A DNA stretch of 62,710 nucleotides, counting the filler, from Phoronis australis (Eukaryota; Animalia; Phoronida), in NCBI GenBank assembly GCA_002633005.1. It is 3 parts of 3 records of this genome, joined end to end, with 100 filler letters (N's around TTAATTAATTAA, not from the genome) between each part and the next. Parts side by side here need not be neighbours in the genome. Positions count along the whole stretch, not along the records: positions 1 to 28,008 come from NMRA01001308.1; 2 more parts are not named here. One strand, 5' to 3'. The position numbers and the translations under genes were made by a program. Shown one piece after another: positions 14,317 to 25,968 of this stretch. A model generated the notes under the pieces. That model saw only the letters and a program-made list of their open reading frames with translations, searched no databases and was not told the DNA's origin. Within the stretch, counting starts at the first letter, position 1; every line of letters starts with the position of its first letter.

Positions 14317-14471
14317 GCGAGGCCCCCTATATTAATATAGGGGGCCTCGCTGAAAGGAGGCCGGAGAGCGGGGCCCCCTATATTAATATAGGGGGCCCCG
14401 CCCAAAGGAGGCCGGAGAGCGGGGCCCTCTATATTAATATAGGGGGCCCCGCCGAAAGGCTGCCGGAGAGC
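14317..14471. repeat. 51-bp tandem repeat, each unit holding a 34-bp palindrome
   Basis: GCG(A/G)GGCCCCCTATATTAATATAGGGGGCC(T/C)CGC at 14317-14350, 14368-14401 and 14419-14452 (third copy has one mismatch). Confidence 0.95.
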
Positions 14472-14540
14472 GAAAAATTTTGAAGCAATTGGGCATCACA
14501 AACAGCATGCTTCTTGTGACATCTATTTGTATCATAAAAA

Positions 14541-15336
14541 TGGCCACCAGATGGCGCAAAACATGTCAACTCCATCCGAAAACAGAAACATCTTTTCTTT
14601 AATAGAAAGTATTTACCAATTTCCATAAAAATCTGTCAAGAAACTATAGAGAAACAAAGGAAGACCGGAAAAAATGGAATGGCCACTAGGGGGCAATGCA
14701 CCTGAAAGTTGTCAATATCTGTTCTCAACATGATATGAATACACTTGCTAAATTTAATTAAGATCCTGCAGTAGGCTTAGGACATACAGCTATAGGCGCA
14801 AAAAAGCTAGGAGGCGCCACAGTAGTTAGTCGTCATCGTCAGCCATACTCTTCAAACTGAGAACAGATATATCAATTTTCACAATAATCCATAGAATGGT
14901 TTAGTTGATAGAGGAGCAGATGCCAAAAAACCGATTGGAAAAAACATAAATGGCCACTAGGTGGCGCAAAATGCCTCAAATAATTCGGAAAATAGGGAGA
15001 TAGCATCATGTCTCCAATAAACTGCCACTAGGAGGTGCCACAGTAGCCAGATTAATCAGAAAATCATCGTCAGGCTTTCTCTTCATAGTAAGAAAATACA
15101 TGCATGCCAATTTTTACAATCATCTTTAAGAGCGGTTTGGTTGATAGAGAGGCGGATGCCAAAAAACAGTGAAAATGGTTATTAGGTGGCGCAAAATACC
15201 TTGACTCCTTCCGAAAACAGGAATATAGCATCATCCTACTAACAGGTGCCTATATGCCATGTTTCACAAAAATCTGTAGACGACCTTTAAAGATACAGAG
15301 GTAAATGTAAAAAAATAATTGCCACTAGGGGGCACA
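14541..15336 (+). promoter_or_regulatory. Cluster of same-orientation CTCF-like motifs within a degenerate internally repeated element
   Basis: TGGCCACCAGATGGCGC (14541), TGGCCACTAGGGGGCA (14680), TGGCCACTAGGTGGCGC (14951), TGCCACTAGGAGGTGC (15023), TGCCACTAGGGGGCAC (15320); partial copies at 14806 and 15181. Confidence 0.55.
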
Positions 15337-15877
15337 ATGGTTGTCAAATCTGTCCAAACTTCGTCCTCTTCTGTCGTCATCTTCATATGAACCCATCTGT
15401 CAAATTTGGTGAAGATACTTTGAGGGGTTCAGGAGATACAGCTGCGGACGCTGGACGCCCAGACAGAGATGAAGGCAATTTGCACCCACATATAGGTATG
15501 TGGGCGCATAGAAATGCGACCTCTGTGAGCATTTGAATTTGACTTCGAAAACAAAATACCCAACACGTCCGCCATCTTGAAGCTGATCATGATGTACGAC
15601 CATAGGCTTCTAGCACTTCGGGGACTAGAAATTGTGGGTGAATCGTGTGCCAATTGGGACAAATAGTGCAACCTGTATGTAGAGTGCAGACAAAAAAACT
15701 TGATGAAGTTTCAGGTGATGGCAGATACAATAATTCGCCATGTAATTAGGTAAATTAACCTAATCAAACAATGGGAGGGGTTGTCAATGGCTGCTTTTAA
15801 ATTAATGGACAGCTATATATAGTTACGACTTTCTGTCCACCAAATCCAAGTTGCTTTCTTGGTCTCATTTATAGACA

Positions 15878-16520
15878 CCGTATTAGCCCTAGTAAGTGCC
15901 TAGGCCGCTTAGAAAATTTGTTTCAGGAGAGGGAGTGTGCTTATTGGAGCATAAGGCTGTTGAAACACAGCACAGTGTCCTAAACAGGTGAGATCCGAAG
16001 CTAGGATTCATCAAATTTATCGTGTCTGTAGCCTACGACTGATCGACTTTCCACAAAATTGTGGTACATTGCTATCAAACTTCATTAAATTACGATCCTT
16101 TTTCAGAAAATTGTGGGGAAATCCCAGGGCGAAAACTTGCCGCCTCATGGCGAGATTCACTTCCGTTGACAAGTACACTGTGTCTGTTCTGAAAAGCCAG
16201 ACCATAGTAGGACACATACCTCGTGAGATATGCAAAATGTTTAAATTACCGTATTCGCCGTAATAACAGCCCAGGGTGCTTAGAAAAGTTCGGTTCAGGG
16301 GGGGCGCTTAATATAACCCAAGGCGGTTGAAACCCGGTCTCTGAAACGAGTGAAATCGGAAGCTAAGATTCATCTCAAATTTACACTCTGGGACGCATAT
16401 GTAACCTATGAAAGACTTTCAACAAAACTGTGGTGTGTTGCTATCAAACTTTGCTGCTAAATTACGATCATTTTACAGAAAATTGTGCTGAAATCCCAGG
16501 GCAAAAACTCGCCGACTGAC
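15878..16520 (+). mobile_element. Two direct copies (~370-bp spacing) of a DNA-transposon end, with a HIRAN-like coding fragment between them
   Basis: Both copies start ACCGTATT(A/C)GCC (about 15878 and 16249) and share GAAGCTA..ATTCATC, GCTATCAAACTT and AAATCCCAGGGC blocks; 16168-16233 translates DKYTVSVLKSQTIVGHIPREIC. Confidence 0.55.
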
Positions 16521-16799
16521 TGCCTCAAAATCGCTGTCTTCGATATGGCGACTTCAATGCTTAAATAAAAATGGTTTCGACTCAAGCAAATTACCTGAAA
16601 TCCTCATTAAGTTTTATAAGTAGCATCTCTTAGATTTTTTTAATTTCCGTGGAGTCTGGATTAATGGCAGGTTTAAGTACAAATCTGTGCAAGATCGTGC
16701 CATCTACATGTATGATCGGCAATACCGCGAGAAAAATGTTTGGACGAACACACATGTTGTTGTCACGTGACATTGGTTTTGAAGTTCGTCTGTGAGTAT

Positions 16800-17661
16800 N
16801 NNNNNNNNNNNNNNNNNNNNNNNNNNNNNNNNNNNNNNNNNNNNNNNNNNNNNNNNNNNNNNNNNNNNNNNNNNNNNNNNNNNNNNNNNNNNNNNNNNNN
16901 NNNNNNNNNNNNNNNNNNNNNNNNNNNNNNNNNNNNNNNNNNNNNNNNNNNNNNNNNNNNNNNNNNNNNNNNNNNNNNNNNNNNNNNNNNNNNNNNNNNN
17001 NNNNNNNNNNNNNNNNNNNNNNNNNNNNNNNNNNNNNNNNNNNNNNNNNNNNNNNNNNNNNNNNNNNNNNNNNNNNNNNNNNNNNNNNNNNNNNNNNNNN
17101 NNNNNNNNNNNNNNNNNNNNNNNNNNNNNNNNNNNNNNNNNNNNNNNNNNNNNNNNNNNNNNNNNNNNNNNNNNNNNNNNNNNNNNNNNNNNNNNNNNNN
17201 NNNNNNNNNNNNNNNNNNNNNNNNNNNNNNNNNNNNNNNNNNNNNNNNNNNNNNNNNNNNNNNNNNNNNNNNNNNNNNNNNNNNNNNNNNNNNNNNNNNN
17301 NNNNNNNNNNNNNNNNNNNNNNNNNNNNNNNNNNNNNNNNNNNNNNNNNNNNNNNNNNNNNNNNNNNNNNNNNNNNNNNNNNNNNNNNNNNNNNNNNNNN
17401 NNNNNNNNNNNNNNNNNNNNNNNNNNNNNNNNNNNNNNNNNNNNNNNNNNNNNNNNNNNNNNNNNNNNNNNNNNNNNNNNNNNNNNNNNNNNNNNNNNNN
17501 NNNNNNNNNNNNNNNNNNNNNNNNNNNNNNNNNNNNNNNNNNNNNNNNNNNNNNNNNNNNNNNNNNNNNNNNNNNNNNNNNNNNNNNNNNNNNNNNNNNN
17601 NNNNNNNNNNNNNNNNNNNNNNNNNNNNNNNNNNNNNNNNNNNNNNNNNNNNNNNNNNNNN
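16800..17661. other. Assembly gap
   Basis: Run of N. Confidence 1.
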
Positions 17662-18077
17662 GAATTTTTGCCCACCAAATCTGAGTTGCTTTCATGGTCT
17701 CATTTATACCTTAGACCATGCCATTATGAAAAGACCTCTATTGCAGGGATAAAAGTTAACATTGTCCATGACCCTGTTGCCTCTATCTTTTGTTCAGAGT
17801 CCTTCTAGTCAACAGAGCAGTGTTAGGACTGGGATGATCTGTCCTATTCATTAAGTAGGTCAGGTATCCATTGTCAGCTATGGCAGCTGTTATACCAATT
17901 ATCTACAATACTTCCAAAGAGATAACCAAAGACATTTATTGAATGAATTGTACCCACAGTGGTTATAGTCTTAGTTATGTTTGGGCAAAGAGCAAACAAA
18001 AGGCCTGGTTGTTTGTTCTTGTAAATTATACAGTGGGACAATTAAATTCCAGGATTTAACTATTTAACTGGAATTAA

Positions 18078-18280
18078 ATGTGACCAGGTGACTTTTTTAG
18101 TTATAGTTTCAGTTGCATAACCAAAGCAAACAGTGCAAAAAGTGATGGTGTGTGCGTGTGCGCGCATGTGTGAAGGCATTATGTGACCAGGTGATTTTTT
18201 TTTAGTTTCAGTTGCATAACCAAAGCAAACGGTGCAAAAAGTGATGGTGTGTGCGTATGCGCGCATGTGTGGAGGCATTA
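18078..18280. repeat. ~100-bp tandem duplication
   Basis: ATGTGACCAGGTGA...GCATGTGTG(A/G)AGGCATT occurs twice. Confidence 0.9.
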
Positions 18281-18869
18281 ATTTGTACAATTTGGTAATT
18301 AGGGCTAGCTAGGCTTCTGAGGAGGGGAAAGTGAAGATAGAAAACCTATTTTAGAAATTCATTGTTTTGTCATAAATTCAATATCGCTGAGTTTAAAGTG
18401 CATTGAACTCACACAACCTGAATCACAACTATGTGGGCTTATTTTTGACTCACGAGTGGTTATGTACATACAGTATGCAGCGGTGGATCTTGGATGTAGG
18501 AGAAAGAGGGTGAAACCACACATATCTGAAGGCAAAGGTCCACGTGCATTCCAAGCGGTCTCTGAAGGGGGCCCATGCACAATCATAAAGGAATAGGAGT
18601 GTTATGCCCAAAAGGTGGCGGCGCCTTTTAGTTGCCCATGGGGTGTGTCCACGGGGGCCTTCGCCACCCCCTTAATCCACCTATGGTAAATGTGACACCG
18701 TAACTGTTTTTTGTCTTGAATTAATAAAAGTTCCATTACTCGGCGAACATGTCTTGTGATCACGCGCGCCAAAATATTCGGCAACAAATGCTGTCAGCGT
18801 AGCGCATTGGTGCTGTAAAGTATCATATCGAGACTACGCCCCACTTTCCGTTACGGTGCGTAGACGCTA

Positions 18870-19041
18870 CGTCACAGTGAAAAACGGCGGTTGCTGCGGT
18901 AAAATGTAAAAAGGTTGTTGGCGTCAACTACGTGTGCTTACGCTCCACTCTACCGTAACTTACAGTGGGTAGGTGCTACATTGAAAGGCAGAAGGGTGGT
19001 TACCTGCGCCTTGACGTGCGCCTACGCCCCACTATACAGCA
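18870..19041. repeat. Dispersed non-autonomous repeat, related to 33818-33966 in opposite orientation
   Basis: GTGGTTACCTGCGCCTTGACGTGCGCCTACGCCCCACTA matches the reverse complement of TAGTGGGGCGTAGGCGCACGT...GCGCAGGCAACCAC. Confidence 0.6.
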
Positions 19042-19609
19042 AACCAGAAGAAAGTTGGCTAGGAATAAATCAATCGCTATTTTAAGTACTGCCACATTGA
19101 ACGTTCATGTTGAAAATTGTGTGTACTTTGTTATTGGTTGTGTTATGTATTTTGTGGCTTGACGTGTAATAATTGCATGCAAGGTGATTTCAATATTGCC
19201 TTCGGCTAGGTTTCACTGTTTACCTCACGGGTTGTTCTTTTTTATGCCTTTCTCACTTGTACATGTATCTCGTTGACCTCAGATTGATGCAGTTAACGTC
19301 TAGTGAAATTCGGTTGACAAAATTTGATGTCTAAGTGTTATACTTTATGACAGTTATACGAATCCCAGGTGCAAGGGGGGAGGGGCATATGTATATGATT
19401 GCTATGCCTGTCTGTGCTGAAGCAAAACCTTAAGAATGCAGCAGCAGTTCTACCTAACGCAAACAAAATGTTTGAATGGACACTTCGTTAAAACTTTTTC
19501 AAATTGAATATGGTGTTGTATTGAACGTAACGCGAATGTGGAGAAAACTTTCACGTCTTGTCTTCAAAACATGTTGCAATATCCATTATCTTGTGTATGG
19601 TTACCTCTC

Positions 19610-22498
19610 ATCGATTTTCAACCTTTAGTTTTCCGGCAATAGACGTTGAAATTGAGGAGGCGGAATCTCAGTAAAATTCTCGGTTTTTCGAGATAGTGCA
19701 AAATTGTGCGCGTTATTTCGCCGCGGGACGGAAACTTTACCGTTGAAAGTCAATTATTTTTCTTTTCCTTCACTGAGGAAGGTCCAGAGGGCCTAGGAAC
19801 GGAAGGGCATGGATTTTCAACTATTAGTTTTCCTGCAATAGACGTTTCAAGTGAAGCGTCGGAATCTCCGTAAAATTCTCTGTTTTTCGGGGGAAGGCAA
19901 AGTCGTGCGGGGTTTTACGCCAATTGACGAACACCCAACCGTTGAAAGTCAAGTATTTTTCTTTTCCTTTACTAGGGGAGGGCCAGAGGACCTAGGAACG
20001 GAGGGGCATCGATTTTCAACAGTTAGTTTTCCGACATCGTTTTTCAAAGGTTAGTTTTCCTACAATAGACGTTTCAATGAGGAAGCGGAATTTCCGTAAA
20101 ATTCTCGGTTTTTCGAGGTAGGGCAAAGCCGTGCAGGGTTTTGCACCAATTGACGAAAACCCAACCGTTGAAAGTCAAGTTTTTTCATTTCCTTTACTGA
20201 GGGAGGGCCAGAGGACATAGGAACGGAGGGGCATCGATATCCAACGGTTAGTTTTCCGGCAATAGACGTTTCAGGTGAGGAGGCGGAATCTCCGTAAAAT
20301 TCACGGTTTTTCGGGGTATGGCAAAGTCGTGCGGGGTTTTACGCCGATTGACAAAAGACCAACAGTTGAAAGTCAACTTGTTTTTTTTCCTTTACTGGGG
20401 AAGGGCCAGAAGACCTAGTAACGGAGGGGCATCGATTTTGAGCGGTTAGTTTTCCGGCAATAGACTTGAGCAGGCCGAATCTCCGTAAAACTCTTGTTTT
20501 TTCGGGAAAGGGCAAAGTCGTGCAGGTTTGCGCCGATTGACGAAAACTCAACCGTTGAAACTCAATTTTTTTGTTTTCCTTTACTGAGGGAGGGCCAGAG
20601 GACCTAGGAAAGGAGGGGCATCGATTTTCAACGGTTTGTTTTCCGGCAATAGACGTTTGTATTGAAGAGGCAGAATCACCGTAAAATTCTCGGTTTTTCG
20701 AAGTAGGGCAAAGTCGTGCGCGCATGCGCCGATTGACGAAAACCCAACCGTTGAAAGTTCAATTTTTTCCTTTTTTTTGTACTGAGGGAGGGCCAGAGGA
20801 CCTAGGAATGGAGGGGCATCGATTTGCACTGATTAATTTTCCGGCAATAGACGTTTGTAGTGAGGAGGCGGAATCACCGAAAAATTCTCGGTTTTTCGAG
20901 GTAGAGCAAAGTCGTGGGGGCTTTACGCCGATTGACGAAAACCCAACCGTTGAAAGTCATTTTTTTCTTTTTCCCTAGTGAAGGAGGGCCAGAGGACTTA
21001 GGAACGGAGGGGCATTGATTTTCAACGGTTAGTTTTCCCGCAATGGACGTTTGTAGTGAGGAGGGGGAATCTCCGAAAAATTCTCGGTTTTTCGAGGTAG
21101 TGCAAAATCGTGCGGTCTTTACGCCGACTGACGAAAACCCAACCGTTGAAAGTCATTTTGTTCTACTGAAGGAGAGCCAGAGGACCTAGGAACGGACTGG
21201 CATCGAATTTCAACAGTTAGTTTTCCGGCAATAGACGTTTGAATTGAGGAGGCGGAATCTCGGTAAAGTTCTCGGTTTTTCGGGTAGGGCAAAGTCGTGT
21301 GGCGTTTTGGTCCTCTGGCCCTCCCCTAGTAAAATAAAAGAAAAAAACTTGACTTTCAGCCTCTGGGTTTTCGTCTATCGGCGTGAAACCCCGAAGACTT
21401 TGCACTACCAAGAAAAACCAAGAATTTTACGGAGATTCCACCCTTACGTTCCTAGGTCCTCTAGCCCTCCCTCGGTAGAGTAAAAGAAACAAATGACTTT
21501 CAACAGTTTGGTTTTCGTCAATCGGTGCAAAAGCCCGAACGACTTTCCCCGAAAAAACGAGAATTTTACGGAGATTCGCTTCCTCAGTTCAAGCGTCTAG
21601 TGCCGGAAACCTAACCGTTGAAAATCGATGCCTCTTCGTTCCTAGATCCTCTGGCCCTTCCTCAGTAAAGGAAAGGAAAAAACTTGACATTCAACTGTTG
21701 AGTTTTCGTCAATCGTTGCAAGACCCCGCACAACTTTGCCCTAACCCAAAAAATCGAGAATTTTACGGAGATCCCGCCTCCTCAATTAACATGTCTATTG
21801 TCGGAAAACTAACAGTTGAAAATTGATGCCACTCCGTTCCTAGGTCCTCTGGCCCGACCTTAGTAGAGGAAAAGAAAAAAATGACTTTCAACGGTCGTGT
21901 TTTTGTCAATCGGCGCAAAACCCCGCACGACTTTGCAATTCCTCGGAAAAATCTAAAATTTTACGGAGATTCCGCCTCCTCAATTGAAACGTCTATTGTA
22001 GGAAAGCTAACCTTTGAAAATCAATGCCCCTCCACTCCTAGGTCCTCTGGCCCTTCGTAAGTAGAGGAAATGAAATATATCCGACTTTCAACGGTTATGT
22101 TTTCGTCAATTGACGAAGAACCGCGCACGTCTTTGCCCTACTTCGAAAAACCGAGAATTTTACTGGGATTTTGCCTCCTCACTTCAAACGTCTATTTCCG
22201 GAAAACTAACCGTTGAAAATCGATGTTCCTCCGTTCCTAGGTCCTCTGGCCCTTCCTCAGTAAAGGAAAGGATATAAACTTGACATTCAACTGTTGGGTT
22301 TTCGTCAATGGTTGCAAGACCCCGCACAACTTTGCCCTACCCCAAAAAATCAAGAATTTAACGGAGATTCCGCCTCCTCAATAGAAACGTCTATTGTAGG
22401 AAATTTAACCGTTGAAAGGCGATGCCCCTCCGTTCCTACATGTAGGTCCTCTGGCCCATCCTAAGTAGAGGAAAAGAAATATATCCGACATTTAACAG
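19610..22498. repeat. ~197-bp satellite, left block, with orientation switch at about 21307
   Basis: Anchor GGCCAGAGGACCTAGG (with variants) recurs at 19981, 20206, 20404, 20593, 20791 and 20987; from about 21308 it reads as the reverse complement CCTAGGTCCTCTGGCC. Confidence 0.95.
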
Positions 22499-22502
22499 TT
22501 AA

Positions 22503-25500
22503 GAGTGACTCCATATAAAAACCAACAGGTAGAGTCTATACCCAAAATCACCGATTTTTTTGAAACTTAGCACATGAGTTTGGTTTGTTGAGAAGTAGAA
22601 AAACCTCACTTTTTAAGAGTTTTCATTCATTATTTTTCTTTTTATGACCTGTGCCTCCATTTTGCAACAAACTTGGGCGTCGAAGTAGGCATGTTTGAAT
22701 GCTTTTTACTAGCATGTATGATACGGTCAAAACAAATGAATAATATCAATTGAAAGGGCAATGGCTGAATAATTTAATGGCATAACTTTCAAAATCCATT
22801 TTTAAATTGATACGTTTTGAATTTGTGAGGCAAAAACGGCTATTTTTCAGGTTTTCACTGAAGCCATTTTCGGCCACATTTGGCACTCTGTAGCAGCCAT
22901 AACGCACCTTTCCTGAAAATGAATTTATAATAATTTGTTTATTCATTCCTAACCTGTTCATAATCTAAAATAAAAAATCTTGCCTCTAATGTAGTTTTTG
23001 CATACGAAGCATTATACGAACTGCACTTCGTCCTTTTGCATGTTCTCAGTTGCCTCTGCTTCCAATAGGGGGCTCTTGGAACATATAATTAGCTTGCGAA
23101 ACACGACATGAAAACTTTGTATTTTGGAGAAAAGGCAGACAGCATTATTAATTACCATTCTATGAATCCGGCATTGATGATTAATACTTATTACAAAAAT
23201 GTGTACGTAAATCAACTGGCATGCGTGCTTCTAAATGATAGATGGCGCTGCTTTTGTTTACGTGGAGACTGAAGACGCATCTAGATTAAGAGCAGTAACA
23301 CGAAGACCTTGCTATAATTCAGAGATGTTGCCGTGTATTTTAAATGAGAACACGTGGTTTTGGATAAATTTTAGAGAGGTTCTAGTGTTACTGAACTCAC
23401 CCCTGCCTTGTTTTCTATCTGCCTTGTTCGTGCCACAGGCAAAGGAAGGCACCCAAGGTGGATATGCCCCGGCCCGGCCCTAGTTTTCAGTGCAAAAAAT
23501 CCTTCAACTTGTCAATAGTCATTGTAACTTTGGGTTCATATTGCTGGTTGCTACAAATTTTAGTCGCCACCAGTCACCAGAAATCTGGTGTTCCCCCCAC
23601 ACACACCGGGCACCCTAACGCTGAATATTTCTACCAGTGTGATCATCAGTGGTATAAAAAGGTACACATTCACAGTCAATAGAAAATAATTCGCGAAAGA
23701 CAATTATATTAATGACTACTTCATGACAGACATGAAGTAAACAGAAGTAACGGTCTCGACTTCATAAATCACACATTTTTGACTGGTATGCTACAAAACT
23801 AGGCTAAACGTTGAGCTCATTTACCACTTCATTCAGTAAATCTGACGACATAACAGCATCTTCAGCAGAAATAGCATCGTCATAAACATTGCAGCAGACA
23901 ACCTCAAAAAATCCACCAATCTGCGATTCACTTAACATCACAGGTAAACACTTTCACAGTGGGTTCTCGTAATGTTTTCTCCATTTTGGCACTTCCGAGG
24001 GTGAAAGTTTTTACCTGACTTTCTCCTTCATCGAATATGTTCGTCAGAAAGTTCTTAACCTTTGATGAAAATCTTGTTGACCTTTTACCTTTTTTCAATG
24101 CCTAAGCTATTGCTTCAGCATTCGTCTCATCCATATTGTACTCTGAGGCTGCCTCAAATGACGCTCCGGTTCTTGCATCTAAAAGCATTTCTGACGACTG
24201 TCGTGCAATGTGGTCATACGTGTTCAGTGTTGTTACCCACATCCAAATGCCGACCTAGTTCTGCGTCTAGCAAAAAATTTCGAGTAACCTTGCTGGGTAC
24301 AAGGGAACTTTTGTTGAGGCTCTTCACTAGATACAATGCCAACCTTAAGTCTTGGTGTTGAAAATCCGCCATGTCTAGAGATGTTAGTGTAATTTAGAGA
24401 AATAGGTTTCCCATTTTCTCAGTATTTGTAAGAACTTACCGTCATCTACATGGAATGACTTCCACACGCGAATTGCTTGGGTGGAATAGTGGGAATTTGG
24501 GAATGTCCTTATACCAGGAACTGAGTATTTTGGAAAAGACTTTGTTGCATTGACTGAACATGCATACACATAACATCCCTTCACACGACCACTGGAAAGT
24601 AGTGCTTCTTTCAAATCCAGAAAGTTTATGATATTATTACTTTCGGCTGCAAAGTACTTTGCATGTTGTTTGAGGGGAGCCGATCTTGCGATCACAGAGA
24701 TCCTTTCCATTTTGACTTTTACTAATGTCATATCTCGAAACAGAAATGCAGGTAGAATTTGACAAGGCTGCTACGTTCAGGAGGAGAGGAGCAGAGTGGT
24801 AACATCCAGCATTACCTGACTCTTCCATGACTGGTCCTGTTCAGTCAGAAACTGATACACCGACTCGGGGTAGTACGAGTCCGTACTCTGGCACAGGCCT
24901 TGCTTTGTGAAGTAGTTTCTTGTATCTCAAATGTTCAGTGGTTTCTTTGACATAACTCACTAAAGCACAAAGATTTTTGTGATTTTTTGAAGAATAAACT
25001 TTAAAGGAACATGAAGGCCCATCGACACCGTCCGCCATTTTGTCTTTTTAAAATGCACTTGCTTGTCTCAAAACCAGTTATTACAAATATCAATTCTTAC
25101 TCGTTTAATCTTAAAGGCATTTATTTCCATTCAAAAGTTCTACAGAGTGTTTAAATTAACGTGATTATGTAAAAGAAATGAAAGAATACGAGAGGGTTAC
25201 ATGAACATTTTTTATAAATCCTCAAGCTTTAAACCTCAACTGACTCCCTCAGTGGGCAAAGGTCATCGGGTTCAGTTTCGATACTAGCCGCGTAATAAAC
25301 CCGGAAAACATCTTGTTTTCATTTGAAAGACTTTAGACTTGGTTTCTATAACTATTTAAAGCAGACTTCTTGCCTAAAAGTTTGTTCAAATGGTCTGTAA
25401 ACTCTGCTCGTCATTTACAAACTATGAAAATAGACAGTTTTGCAAGACAATTTTCACTAAAGTGCAAAGTTGAGGCAAGATTTTTTATTGCTCAGTCATC

Positions 25501-25964
25501 AAGACTAACTCCTTAACTGTATGTTCAAAACGTCACATAAGGCTACAAGGTGTTTTATGGCAGTAAGAAGGTCACAAAAATGGCCACTAAAATTAGCCCC
25601 AAAAAGTGGTCTGTGGATTATCTCCCCTGTCTAGCACAAAACTGTTAGATTTTAATAAATGGCACAGAATTATGCACAGTATACGTTGATTATTTCAGCC
25701 ACCAAAATATAGCTTTTGATCTATTTTGTATGTTACTCATTTTTGTTGCTGAAAACATGCGATTTTTGAGACAGCTAATTTTCCCAATTGTGCCAATTTG
25801 TGTTATCATGCTCCAGCGGGGAAATTAGGGGTCATTGAGTGCACAAAATTTGGCATTTGAGTTTTTGTTAGGATACCTACCCATGTACAAAAAATGAAGT
25901 TGTTTTAAATTTTGACGTATAGACTGATTTTTGAAAATCTACTGGTTTTTATATGGACTGCCTC
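22503..25964 (-). mobile_element. Sola3-like DNA transposon (decayed), inserted in the satellite
   Basis: Termini GAG...CTC with TIR core TCCATATAAAAACCA / TGGTTTTTATATGGA; TTAA TSD (22499-22502, 25965-25968); the uninterrupted site is seen at about 27352-27375. Confidence 0.85.
23900..24830 (-). pseudogene. Sola-family DDD transposase remnant
   Basis: SGNAGCYH...RYDISKSQNGKDLCDRKI, then ...ALKKGKRSTRFSSKVKNFLTNIFDEGE and LSESQIGGFF, with frameshifts and stops. Confidence 0.8.
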
Positions 25965-25968
25965 TTAA

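Noticed and set aside
16704-17808. Long ORFs of 310-338 aa (also 57744-58177)
   Set aside because: Produced by translating N gaps.
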